Positions 9,854 to 17,800 of a stretch of DNA of 64,000 bases are shown here, piece by piece (the first letter of the stretch is position 1; every line of letters starts with the position of its first letter). The translations under genes and the position numbers were made by a program. The stretch comes from Polyangia bacterium (GTDB lineage Bacteria > Myxococcota_A > Polyangia > Fen-1088): the NCBI GenBank assembly GCA_036267635.1, contig DATAVR010000017.1, forward strand, positions 2,912 to 66,911, read 5' to 3'. The notes beneath the pieces are model-generated. The model worked only from the letters and a program-made list of their open reading frames with translations, made no database searches and had not been told where the DNA came from.

Positions 9854-11035
9854 TTATAAAGGACCGAGCGGCGCGGGCAAGTTCCCCGCCGGTTTGGGCA
9901 CCGAGATCTTGCGCCAGCCGTGCCAGTACTTCAGGCGCAGCTTGGCCACCACAGCCATCGCCGCGGTCATGAGGACGAGCCCAACCGTGGCGCCCCACAT
10001 GCTGAGGCGGTGGTGCAACCGGCCGAGCAGGAGGCCGTAGACGAGCTCGACGTGCACCCAATAGACGAGCAGCGAGGTCTGCCCGAAGAGCCGCATGAGC
10101 GAGAACCAGTGGCGCGGAAAGACGCGCGTCACCAAATAAGCGAGGAGAGCGAGCGGACCGATCTGGCCCAGCCGGTAAAAGAAGGTCCCCGGCCCCATCT
10201 GCTGCACCAGGTCCGACGGGTAGTGGATGATGTACGGGTTGTGGGCGCGGACGATCACCACCGCGCGCATCATCGCCACCCCGACCGCGCCGCTGACGAC
10301 GAAGGCGATCGCCTGCTTGCGCGCGCTGGCGCTGCTGCGGACCCAGTAGTGGCCGATGAGGACGCCGACGAGCGGCCAGGCCAGCGACGGAAAAAGCGGG
10401 AACCAGGCCATCGGCCGCTCGCCGCCCAGGTACGAGGTGAGCGGCCGCGGCAAGAACGACGGGAAGTGCATCGGGCCGACGATCGGGCCGAGCGCGATGA
10501 CGACCGCCGCCGCCAGCAGGGTCGGGACAATTGCCGGTCGCCCGCGCCAGGGCGCGGTGACGAACGCCGCCACCACCATCGACGCGCCGATGCAGTTGAG
10601 GATGTCGACCCGGTAAAGATCGTGCCAGTCCCAGCAGCCGCCGAGCACGTACTCCTGCAGCCGAAACAGGTAGGCCAGCGCGATCACCTCCAGGCCGCGT
10701 TTGGCCGCGGTGCGGACCATCGTCGCGCGATCGACCTTGGCGGCGAGCTGGCTCTCGAAGCGGATCGCCATCGAGACGCCGACCAGCAACAGGAAGAGCC
10801 GCGAGGGGATGCCGCCGATGAAGCGCGTCCAGCCGTAGGCCACCGTCGCCTTCGCCGCCTGGTTGCACCAAGAGTCGTAGAGGTGGGTCTGGATCATCAG
10901 GAGCACGGCCAGGCCGCGCAGCCAGTCGACCGCCTCGATCCGCTGCCGGCGCTTGGGCGTGGGCAGAGGGAGCGCCACCTGGACAGACCCCGGCTCGGCC
11001 CGGCGGAGCTCGGCGCGGGGGGGCGCGGAGCTCAT
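9854..11035 (-). CDS. DUF1624 / heparan-alpha-glucosaminide N-acetyltransferase-like membrane acyltransferase
   Basis: RIEAVDWLRGLAVLLMIQTH, F..L.GVS, D.LNCIG, FPLFP, G..SL..Y..H; multiple TM helices. Confidence 0.8.
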   Translation of the reverse strand: MSSAPPRAELRRAEPGSVQVALPLPTPKRRQRIEAVDWLRGLAVLLMIQTHLYDSWCNQAAKATVAYGWTRFIGGIPSRLFLLLVGVSMAIRFESQLAAKVDRATMVRTAAKRGLEVIALAYLFRLQEYVLGGCWDWHDLYRVDILNCIGASMVVAAFVTAPWRGRPAIVPTLLAAAVVIALGPIVGPMHFPSFLPRPLTSYLGGERPMAWFPLFPSLAWPLVGVLIGHYWVRSSASARKQAIAFVVSGAVGVAMMRAVVIVRAHNPYIIHYPSDLVQQMGPGTFFYRLGQIGPLALLAYLVTRVFPRHWFSLMRLFGQTSLLVYWVHVELVYGLLLGRLHHRLSMWGATVGLVLMTAAMAVVAKLRLKYWHGWRKISVPKPAGNLPAPLGPL

Positions 11036-11151
11036 CCCAGAGGCCCCTCTGACAGGCCCAAGATGGACGAATTTGCCGTGTCCAAGACCGTCTCAATTCC
11101 TGCCGGACGGTGTACGGTTGTCAACGTCTTTTCGCGCGGCCACCGCGCGCG

Positions 11152-11180
11152 TTGACATTGTGTGAGGGGGGGACTATAAA
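11152..11180 (+). promoter_or_regulatory. Consensus sigma70 promoter of rplC
   Basis: TTGACA (11152-11157), 17-bp spacer, TATAAA (11175-11180), 12 nt before the rplC ATG. Confidence 0.75.
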
Positions 11181-11192
11181 CCGCCGCTCGCC

Positions 11193-11948
11193 ATGTCTCT
11201 CAAAATGGGCCTTTTGGGCCGTAAGATCGGAATGACCCAGGTGTTTCATGACGACGGGTCCGCCCTGGGCGTTACCGCCGTCTCCGTCGGCCCCTGCGTG
11301 GTCGTCGGCAAGCGCACCGTCGAGAAGCACGGCTACTCGGCGGTCCAGCTCGGCTTCGAGGAGAAGACCCTCCGGCTGGTGACGCGCCCGGAGAGCGGCT
11401 ACTTCAAGAAGGCCAACATCGAAAAGCCCCTGCGCCACCTGCGCGAGGTGCGGCTCGAGGCCAAAGAGCTCGAGAAGTACGAGGTGGGCAAGGTCATCCG
11501 CGCGTCGGAGGTGTTCAAGCCGGGCGACGTCATCGACGTGGTCGGTACGACCAAGGGCAAGGGCTATCAGGGCGTCATGAAGAAGCACCGCATGGCGGGC
11601 GACTCGGCGACCCACGGAACGCACGAGTTCTTCCGCCACGGCGGCTCGATCGGCTGCCGCCTCACCCCCGGCCGCGTCCACAAGGGCAAGCGGATGTCGG
11701 GGCTCATGGGGAACGTCAAGAGCACGGCCTCCGACCTGGTCGTGGTGAGCGTGCTCGACGACAAGGATCTCGTCCTCATCAAGGGGCCGGTCCCCGGACC
11801 GGCCAACGGCGTCGTCCTCGTGAAGGGGAGCGTCAAGGACGTCAGGAAGTACGTCGTCCCGCGCCAGATCAAAGAGGTCGAGTCGAAGAACCCGATGAAG
11901 GCCTCCAAGAAGGGCGCTCCGGCAGCGGCCGCGTCCAAGAAGAAGTAG
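11193..11948 (+). CDS. rplC: 50S ribosomal protein L3, outside the S10 operon
   Basis: GLLGRKIGMTQVF, GYSAVQLGF, KGKGYQGVMK, GSIG...TPGRV.KGKRMSG.MG, LIKGPVPG. Confidence 0.97.
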   Translation: MSLKMGLLGRKIGMTQVFHDDGSALGVTAVSVGPCVVVGKRTVEKHGYSAVQLGFEEKTLRLVTRPESGYFKKANIEKPLRHLREVRLEAKELEKYEVGKVIRASEVFKPGDVIDVVGTTKGKGYQGVMKKHRMAGDSATHGTHEFFRHGGSIGCRLTPGRVHKGKRMSGLMGNVKSTASDLVVVSVLDDKDLVLIKGPVPGPANGVVLVKGSVKDVRKYVVPRQIKEVESKNPMKASKKGAPAAAASKKK

Positions 11949-11989
11949 CGCGGCGCGCGCCGCGCGGGCTCGATCGACGAGGCGCTCTT

Positions 11990-12586
11990 TTGTCGAAGCT
12001 CGGCGATCCTCGCCACCGTCACGACGCCTTTTTCAAGAAGGCCCGCGGCGCCGGCTTCGCCGCGCGCTCGGTCTACAAGCTGGAGGAGATCGACCGCAAG
12101 CTGCGGCTCCTGCGGGCCGGTGACCGGGTGCTCGACCTCGGCTGCCGGCCGGGCTCGTGGCTGCAGTATGCGAAGAAGGCGGTCGGCGCGCACGGCGCCG
12201 TGGTCGGGATCGACCGCGATCCGCTGCCGCAGCCGATCGCCGGCGCCCGCGTCCTCTGCGCCGATCTGCTGACCGTCACCGACGGCGAGCTTTTGGGGGA
12301 ACTGAAGGCGTTCGACGTTGTCCTCTCGGACATGGCCCCCAACACCACCGGGATCCGGGCCACTGACCAGGCGCGCTCGGCGGCGCTGGTCGAGGAGGCG
12401 CTCGGGCGCGCGGAACGCCTGCTGGCGCCCGGCGGCGGCTTCGTGGCCAAGATCTTCCAGGGGCCCGACGTCGAAGTCATTCGAAAGCGGATGGCGGCCC
12501 GCTTCGCCCAGGTCCGCACGCTCAAGCCCGAGGGGTCACGCGCGGAGAGCACCGAGATTTACCTGGCGGGCAAGGGCTTCGCGTAG
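11990..12586 (+). CDS. rlmE: 23S rRNA U2552 2'-O-methyltransferase RlmE/FtsJ
   Basis: A.RSVYKL.EID, VLDLGC.PGSW.Q, GID, DVVLSDMAPNTTG, K.FQG, KP..SR.ESTE.Y; TTG start. Confidence 0.9.
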   Translation: MSKLGDPRHRHDAFFKKARGAGFAARSVYKLEEIDRKLRLLRAGDRVLDLGCRPGSWLQYAKKAVGAHGAVVGIDRDPLPQPIAGARVLCADLLTVTDGELLGELKAFDVVLSDMAPNTTGIRATDQARSAALVEEALGRAERLLAPGGGFVAKIFQGPDVEVIRKRMAARFAQVRTLKPEGSRAESTEIYLAGKGFA

Positions 12587-12603
12587 ACTTTTCGCGGACG
12601 CCG

Positions 12604-14685
12604 ATGAAGCTCGCCGCGTTCGCCCTCGCCGCCGTCTCGCTCAGCACCGTCCACGCCTCGGCGGCGACGTCGCCTCCCGCGCCCGCTACGCAGAAGATCG
12701 CCATCGACGCGCGCGGCCCGCTGGCCCTCGTCGAGGTGACCCGCACGGTGGCGGCCGAGGCGGGGGGCGAGCACGGCAGCGAAGCGCTGCTCGATCTGGC
12801 GCTCCCCGACGGCAGCGCCCTCGTCTCCGTCGAAGTACGCGACGGCGGCCGCTGGCGCACGGTCGCGCCGGCCGCCGAGGGCGCCGCGCGCACCGCCGAG
12901 GTCTACCGGGCCGAGAGCACGGCGCGTGGTGTGACACCGGCCAGTGAGCCATACGACGAGAACGCCACCCACCGGCTGCGCCTCCTGCGCAGCGCGGGCC
13001 ACGGGACGGCGTCGTTCATGGTGCGCTACCGCTTCGCGGTCCTCCCGATCGCCGCCAGCGGCCGCCTCGTCGTGCGCTTCCCGGCGGCAATCGAGCGGCT
13101 CCCCCCGGCGGCCGAGGTGACCTTGCAGCTGCGCGGCGCCAGCGACGGCGAGATTGCCGGCGTGCCCACCACGCTTGGGCCGAGCGCCGGCGCTGTCACC
13201 GGTCGCGCTTCCACGCGTGGCGCCTGGGAGGTGGCCTGGACGCCACGCGATCCGGCAACCGGGCGCGACACCCTCCCGCTGGAGGCGCGGGTCGCGATCG
13301 CGCCGCTCTCGCCCGAGCAGACCGCGCTGGCGTTCCTGGTGCGCCACCGTCCGAGCGCCTCGACGGCCACACCACAAAGCCTCCTCTTCGTCGTCGATCG
13401 CTCGCGCAGCGTGGGGCTGCCGGGGCTTTCGGCCGAACGCGATCTGGTGCGCGCGATCATCGAAGCGCTCCCTCCCAGCACGCGTTTCGACGCGCTCTTT
13501 TTCGACCGCGGCACCAAGCGCCTCTTCCCGATGAGTCGCCCCGCGACGCACGAAGCGATCGAGGGCTTCGAGACGGAGATGGTCCCCGACCGACTGCGCA
13601 ACGGGACCGACCTGTCGAGCGCGCTGCGCGACGCCGGCGCGCTCTTGCGGCGCGAGGCGACGACATTCGGGCCGCGCACCCTGCTGGTCCTGGTCACCGA
13701 CGGCGCCTTGGCCGACGATCTGGACGGCGCGGCGCTCGACCACGCGCTCGGATCGACGCAGGGCCTCGACATCGCGCTGGCGGCGCTCACCATCCGCCCC
13801 GTCGACGATGAACCGATCGCGCCGCGCGCCCGCGACGCCCTGCGCGCGCTGGCGGCCGCCCGCGGCGGCGTGGCCCGCGAGCTCCGCGCGAACGAGATCG
13901 CCGACGCCGTCCCGGCCGCGCTCGCCGACCTGCAGCGCGGTGGCGATCTCGGCGCGATACGGCTCACCGCCGATGGAACTGAGCGACGCCTGTCAGAGGG
14001 CTTGCCGCCCGGTGGTGCCCTGGCGGGCGTCATCCCGCTCAAAGGGCGGCCGCCGCGCGCCGTGCACGTCGAAGCTGTCGCGCGCGGACTGCGGATCTCC
14101 CTCACGCCGGCCTCCGCGCGTCTCCCGCCGGATTGGTTGCGTCCCTGGATCGCCCGCGGCCGGTCGGATCCGACGCGGTTTTTGAGCGCGCCGTCGCTGG
14201 TCGCGCTCGTCGAGCCTGTCGCGCACACCTCCGGCGCTGCCGAGGCGGCGGTCAAAGGCTCGATGGATCGGATGGTGGTGCGGAACGTGTTGTCGCTGGC
14301 TTACATGCCGCGGGCGCGGGCCTGCTACCTGAATCGCACCGCGGCGACGCCGGCGCTGCGCGATCTCGCCGGGAAGGTGCGGCTGGCGATCGATCTGGTG
14401 CGCGGCGAGGTCGACCGGGCGACCATCGAATCGTCGACGCTCGCCAACCCCGACATCGAGCGCTGCCTGCAGGAGAGCGCGTTCGAGATCGAGGTCCCGC
14501 GCGCCGCCCGCAGCGACGCGCCGGTCACCGCCGTGCTCAATATGGTCTTTCGCCCGCGCACCCCCGACAGGAAGGCCGACGTCGATCTGGGCGCCGTGGG
14601 CGATCAGATCGACCTCGTCATCGAGGAGACACAACGCCGGGAAGCGGCCGCGAAACCACCGACGACACATCCCGGCCAGCCGTAG
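12604..14685 (+). CDS. Secreted VIT-like + vWA domain protein with C-terminal AgmX/PglI (TonB-C-like) domain
   Basis: Signal peptide; MIDAS-like DRSRS, GTDL..AL, LVTDG; C-terminal R.CYL..........G.V.L...L..G.V....I.SSTL....IE.CL pattern. Confidence 0.75.
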   Translation: MKLAAFALAAVSLSTVHASAATSPPAPATQKIAIDARGPLALVEVTRTVAAEAGGEHGSEALLDLALPDGSALVSVEVRDGGRWRTVAPAAEGAARTAEVYRAESTARGVTPASEPYDENATHRLRLLRSAGHGTASFMVRYRFAVLPIAASGRLVVRFPAAIERLPPAAEVTLQLRGASDGEIAGVPTTLGPSAGAVTGRASTRGAWEVAWTPRDPATGRDTLPLEARVAIAPLSPEQTALAFLVRHRPSASTATPQSLLFVVDRSRSVGLPGLSAERDLVRAIIEALPPSTRFDALFFDRGTKRLFPMSRPATHEAIEGFETEMVPDRLRNGTDLSSALRDAGALLRREATTFGPRTLLVLVTDGALADDLDGAALDHALGSTQGLDIALAALTIRPVDDEPIAPRARDALRALAAARGGVARELRANEIADAVPAALADLQRGGDLGAIRLTADGTERRLSEGLPPGGALAGVIPLKGRPPRAVHVEAVARGLRISLTPASARLPPDWLRPWIARGRSDPTRFLSAPSLVALVEPVAHTSGAAEAAVKGSMDRMVVRNVLSLAYMPRARACYLNRTAATPALRDLAGKVRLAIDLVRGEVDRATIESSTLANPDIERCLQESAFEIEVPRAARSDAPVTAVLNMVFRPRTPDRKADVDLGAVGDQIDLVIEETQRREAAAKPPTTHPGQP

Positions 14686-14711
14686 CGGCGCTTCGGCCGC
14701 CAAAGGCCCGT

Positions 14712-14727
14712 GTGCAAAACCTTGCAC
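14712..14727. promoter_or_regulatory. Palindromic candidate operator GTGCAA-N4-TTGCAC
   Basis: Perfect 6+6 inverted repeat in the AT-richer intergenic region about 135 bp upstream of the large lipoprotein gene. Confidence 0.35.
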
Positions 14728-14861
14728 GCTCGCCCGGCAATCAAACGGCGTTACAAATCTGCCGACGGCGACGACGAAGCTGGACTTCCAGATTGGCGCT
14801 CTTGTACGTTACGCCCCGTCCGTCAGTCGCAAAAACGCAGTTTAGTGTGAAGGGAGCTACC

Positions 14862-17800
14862 GTGGGGATCCGTCGGGGGTTCGTGGTCGGTTGTGGTCTG
14901 TTGGGCGCAGTGTGGACCGTGGGATGCGTGGTTCCGTCTTCTCCAGACGAGCCCGCCGCGACGACGCGGGTGCAATCCGCCGTCAGCGGATTCGCGGGCG
15001 TCCTCACCCAGCATAACGATCTGGGTCGCACGGGCGCCAACCTGAGCGAGACGATCCTCAACACCAGCAACGTCAAGGTCGGGACCTTCGGCAAGCTGCA
15101 CGCGCTGGCCGTCACCGGCCAGGTCTACGCGCAGCCGCTGTACATGCCGAGCATCCAGACCACCAACGGGATCAAGAACCTCGTCTTCATCGCCACCGAG
15201 GCCAACGACGTCTATGCCTACAACGCCGACAGCCCCTGGGATCTCGTCTGGTCGCGCACCAACTTCGAGATGCCCTGGGCCTCGACCGCCTGCTCGAACA
15301 CGCAGCCGCTGCTCGGCATCAGCAGCACGCCGGTCATCGATCCGCTGTCGATGACGATGTACGTCGCCGCCAAGACGAACCAGGGCGGCGTGTTCAAGTA
15401 CATGCTCCACGCGCTCAATCTGACCAACGGCGCCGACCGGACCGGCAGCCCGATCGACATGTCGCTCGACGGGTCCCAACACCCGCTCACCGTCCCCGGA
15501 ACCGGCGACGGCGCTCCCGACGGCGGCTCGGGGATCACCTTCGATCCGATGCGGCAGCTCAACCGGGTCGGGCTCACGCTGTCGCAGGGCGTGCTCTTCG
15601 TCGGCTTCGCCAGCCACTGCGACACCAACAACTACCACGGCTGGATCCTGCGCTTCGACACCTCTTTCTCGCCGCCGAAGCCGCTGGCACCGTTCGTGAC
15701 CAACCCCAACACCGGCCACGGCGGCCTCTGGATGGGCGGCGCCGGCTTCAGCGTCGACGCCAACAACGATCTCTACTTCGTGAGCGGCGACGGCGAAAAA
15801 GGGAAGACCACCACCGACGGCAAGCAGCTGGCGAACGCCTTCGTCCGCCTGACCACGGTCGGCCCCACGCAGACGCCGACCGTGGGCAGCTGGTTCATGC
15901 CTTCGGACGTGGCGAACCTCGACACCCTGGACCAAGACCTCGGCGCGGCCGGGCCGCTGCTGATCCCGGGCACCAACCGCATCCTCGGCGGCGGCAAAGG
16001 CGGCATCTACTACCTCCTCGACCGAACCACCATGGGCGGGTTCGTCGCCGGCAGCACGCCCGAGGCGGCCGCCATCCAGCGCTTCGCGCCGACCGCCACC
16101 GGCAACTGGATCGTCGGCAGCCCCATCTTCTGGAACAGCCCCGCCGGCGCGCGCATCTACACCTGGCCCGGCGGCACGCCGCTCGCGTCCTACGCTTTCG
16201 ATCTGACCGCCCAGAAGTTCACCTCGACGACACCCCTCGCGCAGGGGACCGTCAACCCGACCGATCCGCAGGGGGGACACCTGTCGCTCTCGGCCAACGG
16301 CTCGCTCGCCGGCACCGGCATCGTCTGGGCCAACCACGGCCTGGCCAGCGAAGGGAACGGCATGCCCGTCGCTGGCGCGCTCTATGCCTTCAACGCCGAA
16401 AACGTCGCGCAGAAGCTCTGGGACTCGACGCTGGTCTCGAGTGATACGCTGACGAGCTACGCGAAGTACACGCCGCCGACGGTCGCCAACGGCAAGGTCT
16501 ACGTCGCCACCTTCTCGGGCGAGGTCGACGTTTACGGCCTCCTGGCGACGCCGACCGACGCCGGCGTGCGCGACGCGGCGCCCGACCTTCCGATCACCAC
16601 GGTGCTCCACTGCGGCGGCTTCGACGGCGGCGCGCCGCAACCGACGACCTGGACCTACGTCTACAACACCTACTTCGGCCCGGGGACCGCCGGCCACTGC
16701 GCCAACTGCCACGGGAACGCCGCGCCGGGCGGGTTCTCCACCGGAACCTCCCTGGCCGCCACCACCAAGGACACCTTCTATTCGGGGCTCGTCGCCATCG
16801 GGCAGATCTCGACGACGGCGGGGACCAGCTCCGCGCTCGGCAACCCGGCGCAATCGGCGCTGAGCTGGTTCGGGCCGATGCGGACGTCGAGCGCCGGGCT
16901 CCTCATGCCGCAGGATCAGCAGGCGCTGAACCCTGCCGCGGTCGCGGCCGTCTGCGGATGGGTCGCCGCCGGCGCGCTCGACGACGCGGCGAACGGGACG
17001 GCGTGCACCAGCGGATCGCAGTGCACCTCGGGATCGTGCGTCAACGGATTCTGTTGCAACACCACCTGCACCGGCACCTGCACCGCCTGCTCGGCCGCCA
17101 AGACCGGCGGGACCAACGGCACCTGCGCCAACGTCACCGCCGGCACGACCGACGCCCGCTGCGTGGCCGCCCCGCCCTGCGGCAACACCGGCGCCTGCAC
17201 CGCCACCGGCTCTTGCGCCCTGGCGCCGACCACCACCTCCTGCCGCGCGGCGAGCTGCGCCACCGGCACCGCCACCGCCGCCGCCAATTGCAACGGCGCC
17301 GGCGCCTGCCCGACCGCGGTCACCAGCGTCTGCACGCCGTTCATCTGCGGCGCCACCGCCTGCAAGACCACCTGCGCCGCCGACACCGACTGCGTGAGCG
17401 GCGACTTCTGCTCCGGCACCGCCTGCACCGCCAAGAAGGCCAACGGCGGCGCCTGCACCGCCACCGACCAGTGCACGTCGGGAGCGTGCGTCGACGGGTT
17501 CTGCTGCAACACCGCGTGCACGGGCGCTTGCACTGCCTGTTCGAACGCCAAGACCGGCGCCGCCAACGGCACCTGCGCCAACACCACCGCGGGGGCCAGC
17601 GACACCCGCTGCGTGACGGCCCCACCCTGCGGCAACACCGGCGCCTGCAGCGGCAGCGGCACCTGCGCCTTCGCCCCGACCACCACCTCGTGCCGCGCCG
17701 CCAGCTGCGCCTCCGGCACCGCCACCACCGCCGCCAACTGCAACGGCGCCGGCGCCTGTCCGACCGCCGTGACGAAGAGCTGCGCGCCGTTCATCTGCGG

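Noticed and set aside
11949-11990. Intrinsic terminator between rplC and rlmE
   Set aside because: The CGCGGCGC/GCCGCG hairpin is separated from the TCTTTT run, which overlaps the rlmE TTG start; too ambiguous to call.
14686-14861. c-di-GMP riboswitch or sigma54 promoter
   Set aside because: GGCAA/GCAAA fragments do not form the GEMM architecture; TGGCGC is not followed by TTGC at the -12 spacing.
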